A stretch of 63,258 bases of DNA, filler included, from Bigelowiella natans CCMP2755 (lineage: Eukaryota > Protista > Cercozoa): the NCBI GenBank assembly GCA_000320545.1. It is 9 parts of 9 records of this genome, joined end to end, with 100 filler letters (N's around TTAATTAATTAA, not from the genome) between each part and the next. Parts side by side here need not be neighbours in the genome. Positions count along the whole stretch, not along the records: positions 12,128 to 39,500 come from ADNK01002360.1; 8 more parts are not named here. The stretch is one strand, 5' to 3'. A model generated the notes under the pieces. It did no database searches, was not told the DNA's origin, and was given only the letters and a program-made list of their open reading frames with translations. This document shows, piece after piece, positions 12,360 to 26,430 of this stretch. The translations under genes were made by a program, and so were the position numbers. Numbering within the stretch: the first letter of the stretch is position 1; the number at the start of each line of letters is the position of its first letter.

Positions 12360-13052
12360 ATCTCTCTTCCTTTTCCTCCCCACCCCCAGCCCCTTCTCTC
12401 CGACTGGCATTGAATCATATTGCACTCACATCCACAGGGAGTGGAGGAAGCTTGGCGCAAATGAGACGTCAGAAATTAAGGCCGGGGGGGGGGGGCACAT
12501 CCAAAATAACAATAAATACGTGCAAATTAACACGTTGTATGATACATCATTACCCAAATGAGAGATGATTAGAGAGGGGGGGGGAAGGAGACGGGATTAC
12601 CTCATGTAGGGTGCATATTGACCTCGAAAAGTGTTGTTTTTCATCAATCCTTGACTCCATCCTGAACTTCCCCCGCCCCCCCCTCTCAGTGAGACGTTGA
12701 CAGAGAGCGAAGTCATTAAAACCCTCGACGAGACTGCCAAGCGGCACCAGCAGACGTGAGTAAAAAAAGGGGGGGTGGGGGGCGGATAATATATGTTTTG
12801 TATTGTCGCGTTGCGATACGGAAGTACCCGCAGCGCACTTGCGGTCAGACGCATTTTCAAAGAGAGAAGGTAGGGGAGGGGAGGGGAAGGGGGGCTGAGC
12901 TCATAGCAGGAGAGGCAGTATATCGTATTCTTGAAGAGGAGCTCTTGTTTGATGGCACACCGTTCGCATTGTGTTGTGTTAGGGAGAAAAGCAAGAGCAG
13001 CAATAACATAAGAAAGGAATCCTGCAGCAACCTCACTGCAAAGATAAATCAG

Positions 13053-13086
<34 letters not shown>

Positions 13087-13328
13087 AAGTAGTTAAGGGG
13101 GAGAGGGACATGTGCTTGCGTGTGTTTGTGTTTGTGTTTGTGTTTGTGTGTGTACGCGTACGCGTACGCATGTTGTATGAATATGTCTGTATTATTATTA
13201 ATACTGGCAATTTTGTCTTCTGGAAAAGGTTGAAGATGCGGCAGCAAGCCAGGTGTGCGTGACTTAATCAGTCATTCTGCTGTGGGATATGTTTCGATTC
13301 CCCTGCCATTTCTCTCTCTGCCTCTCTG

Positions 13329-13362
<34 letters not shown>

Positions 13363-13616
13363 ACTCTCTCCTCTCTACTTTCTCGCGCGCGCTTGTGTGT
13401 GTGTGTGTGTGTGTATTTTGTAAAATTGTGTTGATTTCTGACACTTTTTAATAGGGTACAGCACGGCAGCCTCCTTCCTCCATCGTCGTCGTCGGGTGGC
13501 GCTGAGAAGAAGGGGGGGGGGAGAATGGAAATAGAGGGAGACGGCGATCCTGATGATGAGGACAATCGCAGTGAGGTGCGAGCACCATTCTGGGCAATTA
13601 TGATTTGTATGATGCA

Positions 13617-13668
<52 letters not shown>

Positions 13669-13689
13669 ATTTATATTGTAATGTGTGTC

Positions 13690-13728
<39 letters not shown>

Positions 13729-14022
13729 GTGTATTGGCAAAAAAGCAATGGAGACGTCGCATGGAGGGCATGCTGAGAAGGATGGACGAAGGTATAATTC
13801 GAAAGCAGCAGCGGCAGCAGCAGAGGAGGGCTGCTATGGCAGCAGCAGAGGAGACTGACGACGACGGTCGCCACGCCAAGGCTGCGAAGAATAACATGCC
13901 CTCCTACCAGGTGAGCATCGCAACAGAACGTTGGTGGGGGGTGTAATCCCCTTGGGAGGGGGGAGGCTGGTTTTTAGATGACCTCGATCGATGTGATGGC
14001 CGTCTTTGTTGTTTAATATATT

Positions 14023-14067
<45 letters not shown>

Positions 14068-14160
14068 TTATACTTATATTTATGAAGGCGTTGATACAGT
14101 CGTGCGGCAGCGAGGAGGATACCAGCAGCGGTTGGCAGGACATACCCCTGGCAACCTAAG
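12128..14160 (+). CDS. Hypothetical spliced protein, 3' part
   Basis: Series of hydrophilic exon-like segments flanked by AG/GT(GC), e.g. QWRRRMEGMLRRMDEGIIRKQ..MPSYQ|ALIQSCG.. Confidence 0.4.
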
Positions 14161-15037
14161 GCGACACGGTCTCGACGTGGGGCTCTTGCGAGGGGGAAGA
14201 CGATAACGATAACGACAACTAAGGCCGATCGATGCGGTGACTGGACATCATCGCACCGCGTTGGGGCGAGGGGTGAAGAAAGGCGTGCGGTCTCAAGAAT
14301 GAATGCATATCGGTAGTGAAACGACATTGCGTTGAACAAGAGCAGCGACAGCTGGCTATGACGGATATATGCATGCGGAACTAATGAGACGGGATGTAAT
14401 GAATTGATTAAATCCTTTCATTGGTCGTCCTAATATGGCTGTGCAATGCAGCGGCTACAGCGCTTATGAAGCCTCATTGCACTTGCTCCGTGAAATACTA
14501 AAATATCTGAGATTTGCCTCCGCACACAACTACTTTTGCGGTCTTTGTGGTCGCATTACTGGCTAGTCCATAAAGTTTTAATTGCTCAGCATCTCATGCA
14601 GCGCAGTACGATTACGTTTAAATGACGTATCGGCAACATACGTGGACTGACCTTGAGTTGTTTGCTGTGATTTGTCTGTACGTCGACCAGCGCGCTAGCA
14701 GCAGGCAGCGAGCACTAAGGACGATGTTTAAAGTCACGAGGTACTGCTCGTTTTAGCGTTGCTGATTACTTCGATCTATAATGAATTATCAGTCATTGTT
14801 GGAGTAGGCATTTCACATTGCAAGTAGCTACTTTACTGCGCCTGCTCTCCGCACACTGCTTTGTTGCGAAGAGCTTGACTGCTGATTGTGTGCATCCTCA
14901 GCCCATTCAATTAAATTGGCGCCACACCACGCTACACACGCACATGTACATCATGCATTGCACGCCATTGTTCAACCGCTCAACTGGCAGTTATTCACGA
15001 CTCTTTCCTCACATATCGTCCTCATCATCACTGTCCT

Positions 15038-16588
15038 CTAATTCTTCGCACCTACTGCTTGACTGCGGGAGGCTGCCGCTACCCTGCGAACACCGTCGGC
15101 AATCATAGCGCACATCTCATCGTGGACGCGGCTCGCATCAGACACCCCGTGGGACGCCTCTGTATTTCCAATCAGGACAACGCTGCTAGCGCCATCATCC
15201 CCATCACGACCCACCGCCCCCTCCACCCAATCAAAGAGCTGCCTCTTAAAAAAGGAGAGGACGAGCAGGGCGTCGTAAGGATGCGACAAGGTCTCGATCC
15301 CGGCGAACCAATCTACATGCTGCTCTCGTCGTCTCTGCCGGTCGCCGCCGCCGTCCCCGTCGCTGCCAGGAGGGGGGGGGGGAGCGGGGTAGAGCTTTGC
15401 AAAAAGCTCTGGATTGCCCTCGCGAAAGATCCCCAGATTCCCCCGTGCAGTGCGCGTCATCTCTCCGTTCCGTACCGACAATAAAGAAGGTGACGACGAT
15501 GATGATGATGATGATGATTGACTGCTGCTGTTTTCTGCGAGGAGCTCATCCCAGCGCCGGAAGTCCTTCCGATCCAAATGGACCCGATATGCGGCGTGCT
15601 TCCCCAGGAGGTGGAACCGTACGTGCCCCTGATATTTTAGCACGAGGAAAGGGGAGGGAGGGGGGGGGAGGGGTAGGGTTCGGGTTAAAGTTAGCTTGAT
15701 CACAACGCACGGGGATATCACACCGAGTAGGGTGACCGGTCTTATTACAAAAAGGCAACAACCAAAAACAAGCTTCGAATGAGCACAGAAGCCATAATAA
15801 TAATAGACAGCCAGCGCTGCCTTTTTTGGGCAGAGTTGGAGAAACAGCATCGTCGTCGATGATATGGCACGTTCATGAGGTCCCGGCTCGCATGCTCTTA
15901 AACCCAACCACTAGCAGCAGCATCACCACTAGCAGCAGCATACCTGCAACCTTGAAAACACAGTCTCCGCAGCCTTTTTGTCTTCCCTTAGGTTAAACGC
16001 AGCAAAATCCGGGAGGAAGTGCGATCGCTCTTGCACAAGACCAGAGGGGGGGCGGGCGGCGGCATCATTGTCCCTTTCTCCTCCCCCACCACATTCACTG
16101 GTGCTACCGTAAGAAGAGGCTGTGGTAGCAGCTTCCTGGTGGGCTTGGCCTTGAATGCAAAGAGTACTAATCCCCTTTCTCAGTGTCGTAGTCGAGTCTT
16201 CGAGGGTAGTTGTAGTAGAACCAGCATCCTCCTCGCCATGGCCGCAGCTGTGGAGGAGAGCATCAGCAAGGGGGGAAAGGGGCGCGATCGCGAAGATCAC
16301 AAGCGCTCCCTTGTGGGCTTTCGCGAGGCGCAGGATGAGCGAGCTTGCGCTCTCGGTGGAAATGCATGCCTCTTTGGCGGAAGAGGGCGTCCCCTGCGTG
16401 TGCACGTGGTATTTTTTTTTTAAATTGATTTCCGATGATGATGATAATGTTAATAAGGAGGAGGAGGAGGAGGAGGAGGAGGAAGAGCAGGAAGACGTTG
16501 CAACGTGTGGGGCACATTGAGATCACATCGCCAAACAATGCGCGCACATCTCCCCTCCATTTTTGAGGGAGCGAGATAGCATGATTGT

Positions 16589-16681
<93 letters not shown>

Positions 16682-17477
16682 CCTCTGGCACGTAGCAACC
16701 AGGCCTGCCTTCGGAGAGGCATGCAGCAATGGGGACTTCCTTGTCGTCATAACCTGCTCGCCGTAGCCAAAACCGAGTTACACGAGCGCGGAGGTCTCCT
16801 CTGCCGCCCTACTTCCAACAACACGTGATTCATCATATTCGACAATATCAAGGATTATCCATTCAATCATCTACACCACCACCACCCTTCATCATCATCA
16901 TCTTCTTCTTCTTCGCTATTGTTGCCAATCGCCACCATCACCAATCGCTTACGCTGTTCGTATCCCACGCGTGCCGCCGCTGATTAAATGCATCAAGCGC
17001 ACATGAAAAGTCTCGCATCCGGTACCGTGGCAATCGCTCCCACGATGCGGAGATGCTGCTGTGCTTCAAGGCCGAATAGAGCCAGGAGCGCGAGGGTGTC
17101 GTCGATGTCTCTTCCAATGTCTGTAATCACCAGCACAGGTACGCGAGGATCTTCCTCATTCTTGCAATCGCTCGTTTTTGCCGCGGCAGTTTTGTCCGTG
17201 TCGAGGTCTGTCATTCCTTCGTGCCGCATGCGTTTCCTCTGGGCACAGCGCTGCGTCATCCCATCGCTGGATTTAGCGCTCCTTTCCCCCTTGGAGGATC
17301 GACGCTTCTTTGACGAGGTTCCACCCTCTCCCTTTGCGTTCTTCGTCTCCTCGCCAGCGATATTTGGGGGACACTCCGTCACATTGGGATTGCCAGATCT
17401 CATTCGTAAGAGGGCCTGCTTGACGGGGCTTCCCCCGAGAGGGTTATCCCCTTCCTGTTTAGCTCTGGCTTACACTG
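15038..17477 (-). CDS. Inosine/uridine-preferring nucleoside hydrolase family protein, spliced
   Basis: N-terminal VLVITDIGRDIDDTLALLAL (Asp-rich Ca2+-binding motif), IFAIAPLSPLADAL, AFNLREDKKAAETVF, HPYDALL; start not resolved. Confidence 0.8.
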
Positions 17478-17567
17478 GGAATAATAGCGCATGGGAGGGG
17501 GAGGCAGAGACCAGTCAGAATTAATCTTTCACACTAACTCATAATTTACTCCAAACACACGCACACA

Positions 17568-17606
<39 letters not shown>

Positions 17607-18099
17607 ACGTGACGTGGAGAGGGGGGGGAGAAATACCCGAGCATGGGGATGCTCGAAAGAGATGAAAGACACTGGGTTTTATATGATTTTTGATGCTGTT
17701 CTCGTTGTCGTAGGATAAAAATATCATGGGAGATACTCTAATCATTTTAGGCTAAAAAATATAGATATTATCAAGGTGTTTGATGGTTCTCTCATCGAAC
17801 TGGAGCGAGTTTGCTCGCAATACCCGCAAGCACCACACTGCGGTGTCCAGTACTATGCAATATTTTAAGCAGAATATAACGTAAAAAATATTTCTTATCG
17901 AATATCCATTTTAGAAGGATATAGCTAGGTTATATTATGGTTATTTTGTCGCCGGTTTGTGTCTCTGTGCCAGCCGTCGACGTTTATAGATGGAAAACAA
18001 CGAGTGACGAGAGAAAGTAGGTCTCATTCTTATCGATAAAACTACTAAAGATATCTCCAAAAATCGAAAGATTCGCCGGACTCACACGGGCTCTCGACC

Positions 18100-18913
18100 A
18101 TGGCTGCGCCGCAGCTACCGATCCTCCTCCTCGAGGGGAAAGAAGAGAAGAAGGTTAAGATGCTCCTCCGGGACGCCTTTCGGTATCAGGTCGATGGTTT
18201 CTCCGAAAAGAAGGCCAGTATGTGGGTCTCCGCGCTCGGATTGGAGGCAGAGGACGGAGCGCAACAAATCAAAGCGGTACATATCTGTTTTCTCAGGATT
18301 CCTTGTTGGTGTATGGAATGCTTGCCCATGTTTTTTTTGGTTTGTTTTTTAAAATGGGTTACGCGAGAGATACAATGTGCAGTGTATACACACCAAGCTC
18401 ATACCCCTAATCAACACCTTGTTGGTTGTATCTTCTTCCCAGCTGGTGAAGGATCTCCAAAGAGTCATCTTCGGAACACTGTAAGGCCGGCCGTCCGTCC
18501 CCCTGCTACCTGACCTGACCTGCCGCATGATTGAACAACACGCGCAGTAACAACAATAAACAAGAAGAATCACTTTTCCCAGTCAGTAGTGTAGGTGACT
18601 AAAACATTAACCCACCAGATATGAAGATCTCGATCGCAATGGTACAGTGAAGCTCCTACCCAAAGAGACGTCCAAGGTTGGTGGTGGTAGTGATAAAGGA
18701 GAGTTGGAAGGGGGAGGAAAGGGGGGGTGGGGAACTAAGGGAAACTCGCCCATTCCTGACAGAAAAGTACACGGTTGTGTCACGCGTAGGAGCTCAAGAT
18801 TCTTCTGGCCAACAGCATAGCCGACTTCTTACCAAAATGGCGAGAGCAGTGTATTCAAAACCAAGTATCTCCGCCTAAATTAGTGGATTTTGGTAACACC
18901 CAACACAAAAAAC

Positions 18914-18950
<37 letters not shown>

Positions 18951-19257
18951 CTCTCTCCCCTCCCTCCCTCCTCCCTCGTCCTCCACTCTTGCTTACCGTT
19001 GTTGCTATCATTACTCTTATTTGATGATAAAGAGGGTGATGATGACGTTGATGATGATGCTCCTGATGGTGTTACCGATAGATTGGCGTGTGGACGTTGC
19101 AAGCTCCTCGAACGTGTTGTCTCGGATGATGGTGCCGAAAGTCTTCGTTGAGATGACGGTAGTAGGAAAGAGGAAGGGGGAGGCAAAAAGGGACAAAGAG
19201 TATCTTTTAAGAGCGTATATATGTATCTATACATGTAAAAATTTAAACATTTATTAC

Positions 19258-19316
<59 letters not shown>

Positions 19317-19810
19317 GTGATTGAGTAGGGGTAAGTCAACTACATGTTTACGTTCATATTAAGTTAAAATCTGTTACACGTTTCATAAGATCCAGAAAGA
19401 GGCGACGGAGCACCGGAAGATGGCGGGAACGAAAAACGTCCAGTTTGAGCTTTCGAAAGAGGTGGGTCCAAAAAAGAAAAGAATCGTAAGATAGAAAAGT
19501 ACTGCCTTCCATCTTCCAAAACTATCGTCATCGTTATCATTATCAACCTCACCACCAAGACCATCACCACCGCCGCCGCCAGCAACAGCAGGGCAGAAAC
19601 CATGTTCGATGTTACGCTTGTCACGTCAAAGTCGAGTACTCTCTGACTTGTCCCTTTCGCAATCAACGTGAAGTTTTTGAATGCCATACGCATTGAGTTG
19701 ACACGACAAAAAGTATTATCTCTCAACTCCTACTGACACCCATGTAGGCTCTTGGTACTTTGGTGAAATCACTGGGCAAGATTAGAGATCAGCTCGCAAA
19801 TATTAAGTAG
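18100..19810 (+). CDS. COMMD9: COMM domain-containing protein 9
   Basis: Spliced C-terminus SLPRL..IDWRVDVASSSNVLSRMMVPKVFVEMT|IQKE..VQFELSKE|ALGTLVKSLGKIRDQLANIK* matches the COMMD9 COMM domain; ATG 18100, TAG 19808-19810. Confidence 0.88.
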
Positions 19811-20063
19811 ACGGATTGTATTTATTCGTCGACGCTGTGCATTGATGCATTCAGGCAATGACTGGCCAGCCAGTGTAAGCTTGTAGGGATAAATTACACC
19901 ATATTGCTAAAGGCGTGAATACAAAGAATCATACATTGCTCGTCCTCTTGTAAATGAGAGCCGGCTTCGCATCGAAGGCCCATTGCTGCACATTGTGGCC
20001 CATCTAGTGCGTGCATGAAAGGTGTGTGTACGCACGTATGCGACATGGCGATAGTCCTATATA

Positions 20064-20145
20064 AGCGCTGTAGCGCTGCTTTGCATAGCTATATTAGGAT
20101 GAATATTGAAAAGATTTAATCACTTCATTACATCCATCTCACACG
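20064..20145 (+). repeat. Dispersed ~65-90-bp repeat, copy 1
   Basis: AGCGCTGTAGC..TAGCTA(T/C)ATTAGGAT..ATTGAAA..ATTTAA..ATTACATCCATCTCACACG; also at 27081-27144 and 27214-27303. Confidence 0.8.
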
Positions 20146-20744
20146 CCAGCTTATAGAAATAGCTACTCTGCTGGTACTTCAGTGTTAGCTAGTGCATTGC
20201 ATTGTGTTGTTCAATAAGTTGTCGCTGCACCAGCAAGCTCACGCACACATGCATATGATGCGCGAATAGGCCGTTCGAATTCGTATGTTATTGCGTTACG
20301 AGCATGTTTGATGACACATTGCTGCTAATGATGGCAAGATGGGTGCGCTTCACATCTAGTAGCAGACGTGCGTGGCTTCGATCCACACACAGCTTTGTCC
20401 AGTAGTGCAGACAAAGACATGTACGTGCCATGCGAGCACAACGTAGTTGTCATTACCTATGTCTTCATCTGCACGTATAGTACAGAGATATTGCATTGCG
20501 CTGATCGTGCAACAATGATGGTTTACATGTGCTGAACGAAATGACATGAGGTCGATCAGAACTGGATATAAGCTGCAGCGCAACTTTGCATGGTGGTGCA
20601 ATTCAACGTACTGTGCTGTGCCATTTGAACTTTGTCATGTTGGAAGCCAACGTATCGTACGCTAGTACGTTTAGCAGTGTAGGTTCCAATGCAATTACGT
20701 GTCACATGCATACGCACATGCACGAACGCACGGCGCGCGCGCGC

Positions 20745-20781
<37 letters not shown>

Positions 20782-20837
20782 CGTAGAGCTGGTTGATCGC
20801 GGTGCGAGACCGAAATAAGAACGCTCTGCAAGCTCAT

Positions 20838-22082
20838 CTAACACATGTCGTAGACATGAACCATTTTGGCAAACTTCTCGCTCAACCTACTGATCCTGGA
20901 GTAAAGGTTTGCTGCCTTCTCATATTCCTTGTTGGCTTCCGCCTCCCCGGCCTTTATGAAACAGTCGTATGCCTCAAGATCCTTCGGGGATGTGCACACA
21001 GCAGGTGTCCGCTTGTACATGACGTCAGTCCGTATGATAAACTTTGTGCAACCATCGCCCACAGGCTCACCCTGAATAGCCGGATACGCGCGCCGCGCCG
21101 CTCGGTGAGTACGAGAATATGCATCATGGGATTCGAACAGTATAGTATTTATAAACAATCCTACGACAAAGACGACCACTACCTCGTGCATGAGATGCTG
21201 TGAGAAGGAGAGCAGGGATCCAACGCGCGGAAGGGCTTTATCAGCAACCATGTCCTGCGGCAGACGAAATCTTCCCTTCGCATCTTGAATGAATTTCTTC
21301 CGCTTATGGTCCATCGGCTTGAAGAGCTGGGTCGACCCCCCCTCTTCGCAGGTGTTCAGGTATATTATCACGGAGTGCAAGCTCCGATGGTTAAAGTCTA
21401 TCACCACGTGGCCGTCTGTGTGGGGGCTGAAGTGCCCCCTCGGCGAGTACCTAGCGAAGAGCATCCTGGGGTTCATGCCGCACGCGACCCATTTTCCCTC
21501 GAGCCCATACTCCCAATCATCATTCTCCTCCGGAATCTCCACCTCCTTCAGAACGTGCTCCCGTACCCTTGACCATAGCGCAGCGGCTAAGGACTCGTCG
21601 AACACCTCAACCGTGTCCACGTTGCGGGTGTCGCGTTTATCCAGAGCCTCCGGGTTCCAAAACGTGTAGTTCCGACCAGACTTCGTCACGCCCTTCAGCA
21701 GGGACTCGCACTCGGTCTTCGAGAGTACATTGGACAGCACGAAGCCTTCGAGGGGCGATTTTAGCAGGCGCTTTGTTATCGTTACCTCCCGTGGCGGCTC
21801 CTCGTTGTCCTCTTTTTTGACGCTCACGGTCTCGTTGGGGGTGTTCTTCTCGTCGTCAGTGTTGTTAGTCTTGCCCCCGTCTCCGCCGCTGCTGCTGCTG
21901 TTGGATCGTCGATCCAGGCACTCTACCAGTGATGTCTTATGCTCTAATTTTGCCACCACTTTGAAGCCCGGCTTGGTTTCCGCATCATCACTGCCTTTGC
22001 TGCCCTTGCTTTCGTCACTGGGGTTCGCATCGAGTTCCTCCTTCTCCGTGTAGGGAGCGGACCCCCGCAACGGCGAAGCCAT
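20838..22082 (-). CDS. 2OG-Fe(II) oxygenase (prolyl-4-hydroxylase-like), one intron 21072-21182
   Basis: RYSPRGHFSPHTDG (HxD), SVIIYLN..GGST, LMHE|GEPV..KFIIRTDVMY (distal His and 2OG-binding basic residue). Confidence 0.9.
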   Translation of the reverse strand: MASPLRGSAPYTEKEELDANPSDESKGSKGSDDAETKPGFKVVAKLEHKTSLVECLDRRSNSSSSGGDGGKTNNTDDEKNTPNETVSVKKEDNEEPPREVTITKRLLKSPLEGFVLSNVLSKTECESLLKGVTKSGRNYTFWNPEALDKRDTRNVDTVEVFDESLAAALWSRVREHVLKEVEIPEENDDWEYGLEGKWVACGMNPRMLFARYSPRGHFSPHTDGHVVIDFNHRSLHSVIIYLNTCEEGGSTQLFKPMDHKRKKFIQDAKGRFRLPQDMVADKALPRVGSLLSFSQHLMHEVVVVFVVGLFINTILFESHDAYSRTHRAARRAYPAIQGEPVGDGCTKFIIRTDVMYKRTPAVCTSPKDLEAYDCFIKAGEAEANKEYEKAANLYSRISRLSEKFAKMVHVYDMC

Positions 22083-22129
22083 TATGAAACCTGGATACGG
22101 TATCAATACGAGATGAGGAGGGACATACA

Positions 22130-22193
<64 letters not shown>

Positions 22194-22610
22194 TTACACA
22201 TATACATATATAATATGACGATTGACTTGCACACAATTAGCTCTCAACACAGCTGGGGTTTGATCTGTGGCACGGTTAATCGCAGAGCTTGCTTGAGCGA
22301 GTGCACCTCAGCTGGAGCAGCGCGCTGCGGCCATTTGGAAGCACGCCTGTTGTTGGCTGTATACTGCCGGCATGGGAGCATAGGAAAAATATCAACGGAG
22401 TTTAATCAGAACATGTTCCACAGGAATCATAAATTGGTTATTGATAAGATGTTTACGGTTGTAAATCCTGCCGGGAATGAATTTCAAGCATCTATAACTG
22501 TTGCCTCTGTTGCGAACCTTCTCGAGAGTTGTCAAAAGGAGAGTCCCGGCCAACCGGGGGGAAAGAGCCGCCCCCCTCCCTCCCTCCCCTCCCCCCCGGA
22601 ACAATCTGCC

Positions 22611-23115
22611 ATGCAGGCGCCCGGATTTCTCCCCAAACCCGTCCCGTGGCTTTCATGGAGGCATTGGAGAGAGGCCATGGACATGCTCTTTTCCAGGCGT
22701 CCTGCGGAAGTGAAGGAAGGATTAGCGGTGGTTGCGGTTTGGAGAGCGCGCGGCAACGTCCCGGCAGCTGTTGACTCCACGGCAGACATCATCGGGTTGA
22801 ACACTCGCCGAGCCATAGCTTTTATCGTTCGCCGCTACGCTTGTGGATGAAGTTGTCTCCTCTCACTCTCTCTCTCTCTCTCTCTCCCTCTCTCTCTCTC
22901 TCCTTAATCTAAGAACGTTGCTGGCGGGGAACCAACGCGGGGCGATGGAGCAGAGGCTGCAGCTGGCGCTGGTCATCATACGGGCTGTCAACGGCTTGCT
23001 CGACCCGTCTCAGAAACGGGTACCTGCTGCCGTGAGCTAATAACCCACCGAATCGGAAGTTCTGTTTCCAGATAGTAAATGAGTTTTGACGATTACTTGC
23101 GGAAAGGCTGTTTGT

Positions 23116-23156
<41 letters not shown>

Positions 23157-23580
23157 GTTAATTTGTGTTCGCTTCGTTCCAACATATGCAGGCCCACGCA
23201 ATATCCATTGCATCTTTAGCGGAAAACATGCGAATGCCGCGCATACTCGTCGACATAAGGTGTTTTTTCATTTGGGGAAGAGAGAGAGAGAGAGCGATTC
23301 TTCATTTGGGGAAGAGAGAGAGAGCGATTCTTTCGATTGTAGAGGGGGAAAAAGAATACGCGAGGAGTAGACTGTCATCGGGACGAAGTATGAGGCTCTC
23401 CTTCGTTAGGCATGAAGCTACTCACAAGCAACTGCCCTCGCTGGAGCTGCTACGAATGGCCGCTGAGGAGGTAGAGAATGCCCCCTTCTCGCAGAAGGAA
23501 ATATGTAATATGTACTTGTATCATATCCTGTACTCATGATATCTTAAGAAAAGCATGATGCATAACATCCTCCCACTCTG

Positions 23581-23625
<45 letters not shown>

Positions 23626-24147
23626 TCTCGGTTTGAGGCCTGAAGCGTTATATGCGTGCTTAGGCCTTGAGGTATCTTCATTGCGTTTACTGGCTACCAC
23701 AACGGGCAAAGTCCCAGGCCTTGGCTGCGACAGAAACACCGACCGATGATCATAGCAGCGATGTGAAGGCAGCTGATGATGCTAGGAGCAGTGCGACAGC
23801 GGCGGTTTCTTCTGTCCCCTCCTCACCACACGCGGCGTCCTCTTCTAGGATGAGGAAGAAGACGCCACACATTTCCATGCCCTCGTCCCCAACGTTCGCA
23901 TCATCTTCATGCGAGAGGCTGCTCCAGAGGTTTGAGGAGCTCGCTTCCTCGAACGATTCGTTGGCGGCGAGGAGGGCTGCCTTGGAGGAGGCCGTCGCTG
24001 GGCTGCGCGGCCTATGTGCTCCGAAGGAAAATCATCGATCATCACCACGTAATACGCGGCAGCAACCACTAGCGCTACTGCCAGTAGTAGTACTATCACG
24101 GCAAAATGCCTCCGGAGAGGCTTTAGAGATCATCCTAATAATCATCG

Positions 24148-24179
<32 letters not shown>

Positions 24180-26430
24180 ATCATCACAATCATCACCATC
24201 ATCTTTCCGCACCCTTCCCGTCAGGGAGAGCGCTTGCGGCGAAGACAAAACGCAAGCCCGGCAGCGGGCCTACCTAGCACACAAGTGGCTTCAATTCATA
24301 ATCAGAGGCGGCGTCCTCGCCTACGACAGCGTGCGAAACCCATGCAGGTCGCGACTTTCCTAAGATTGCAAAAAAGCAAATGGGGGAAAAAAAAAAAAAA
24401 ACAATCGTCCAGATCGACCGAATAATACAGCGAGCACATTTCCAAGGAGAGGAGAGAAGAAAGCTGCGCGCGCTGCCAATTCGTTTTGGCGATACGCGTC
24501 CGTCATCAGGCGGTCGGTGACGGTGCGGCTCCGCTTTCACGTCGAGCTTTCGATGCAGCGTTTCAGTATGCTGCCTGTGTGTGAGAGCTTGTGCGTGGTG
24601 ACGATGTTACAGTCGCGAGATGACTGACGAATGCTGTTTTGGCCTTGTTTTGTTGCTTTGGCCCTGCTGCTGCTGCTGCTGCTGCTGCTATGAAACAGAC
24701 GTGGCGGTCGCAGTCAAAGTGGAAGCTCCTCCTCCTCCTCCTCGCCCCCCCCCTCCCCCTCCATGTTATCTGCTGTCCATACCGCGAGGCTGCTGTATAT
24801 CATCTTGAAAAATCCAACAAAGTCGGTTTTTAGCCCCCCTCTTTCCCACTTAGCAGCAGCATCAGTAGTAGTAGTAGTAGTAGTAGTAGTTAGACGTAAC
24901 AATTTGCAGTATTACCTACATGTAGCAGCGGTGAGAACAGCAGCTGAAGGAAGGGAGGGCGGGCGGGAAGGTCTTTAAAGATCTGAAGCCACGAAGGGTC
25001 AAATTAGACATCATTTCTCCCCCCCTCCCCCCCCCTTCATTTAATAATGCAAAGGCCACTAGCGGAGGCGGGGAGGATGATCTTGTCTGCAAGGTCGGTT
25101 TCAATACGCGCAACAAACACGTTAGCTGTTATCCTAGAATCTAAACTTGCTGTGAGTCTCCACATTTCTAGCGAATCGCGCAAATCAGCGTTCTCTTCCC
25201 CCCTCCCCCCCTCCCCCCTTTCAGTATTTTCTCTCTTTCCTTCATTTGTTTCTCTCGCTCTTTTCTCTACTCACCTCTTTGCCTCTGCTACCAGCTCCCT
25301 GCAGCATCGTCGCCCAACAGCAGCGGAGGCCGCAATGAAACTCATTGCAATTGGCCAACGCCTTTTTGATGACGATAGCAGCAGCAGCAGCAGTAGCTTC
25401 ATGCCCTCCCAGCTGCGATCATTTCCATCATCATTTGTGAGAAGACCGAAGCAGAAAGAGACGAAAAAACGGTCTCGTAGGGTCGCCAGCGACGACGCCG
25501 ATGATGCCATGCCCAGCAACTCTACTTGAGGGGGGGGGGGGGGAGGAGGAGGAGAAGATGAAGAAGAAAAAAAGGACCTCACCCCTCCTGCCCCCGAGCG
25601 CAGAGAAGAGGCAAGTTGGAACGATGGCAACGATGACGACGACAACGACGGCTGTATCCCTGATGGAAATTCAAAAGCTCCTTAGGAAAGGCATATCGGA
25701 AGAAGCGAAGGATGGGCGGGGGGGCGGAAAGGGAGGAGAAGGAGGAGGAGGCGGAGGAGGACCTGTTCCAGTGGGAAATGAAAGAACTACTACTCATGCC
25801 AAGGCCGTCGAGAAGTGGAGGGGGCAGCAGAAAAGTACCCCCCTCCCCGAGTCAGGCGAAGGCGTGGCAATCACACACGCGAGCTGGTCAAGGGCGGCGT
25901 CTTGGCAGGTCTGCCCCATAGGCACCCTCCCCTCCAACGCGAAAAACATCCAAAACATCTCGCTCGACGTTCCGCTGCTGCCGCGTGAAGAGAATGCCGC
26001 GGGGGCAGTTCGTGTGGGGCTCGATCCCAGATTTCTCTCCGGGCGACAGAAAGGGGTGGTTTGGGGATGGGGTTGGGGAGGGGGGGGGGGCGAGCAACAC
26101 GAGCAGTCGGAAGATAAAGTATACGTTGAGGAGGAGGAGGAGGAGGAGGAGGAGGAGGAGGAGGAGGCAGCGGAGCTTCCCTACTCAATCGGAAGAAGTC
26201 CCTTCAGTGCGGAATCAATGCATGATCTCGCGGGTGGTGAGCATGTGAGTACAGCCATATCGACGGGTGGGCGTGACAGTTACTGGAGGCAGCAGCAGCA
26301 GCAGCAGCAGCAGCAGGGGCTAACAGGAGAGAAGCAAGGAACCCGACGCCAAGAGGCAACAACATCAGCAATGTCTCACATCGTGTCGTCGTTGGGAATT
26401 GGTGGCGCAGTTTCTATTTATGGTTATTAG
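22611..26430 (+). CDS. LAS1: Las1-like ribosome biogenesis HEPN endoribonuclease, spliced
   Basis: PVPWLSWRHW..VAVWRARGNVPAAVDSTA..LALVIIRAVNGLLD..SIASLAENMRMPRILVDIR|HEATHKQLPSLELLR..YLHCVYW; RHEATH is the Las1 HEPN motif; C-terminal W..CPIGTLP motif near 25900. Confidence 0.88.

Noticed and set aside
15671-15695. GGGTAGGGTTCGGGTTAAAGTTAG telomere-like patch
   Set aside because: Short, degenerate and intronic; not a chromosome end
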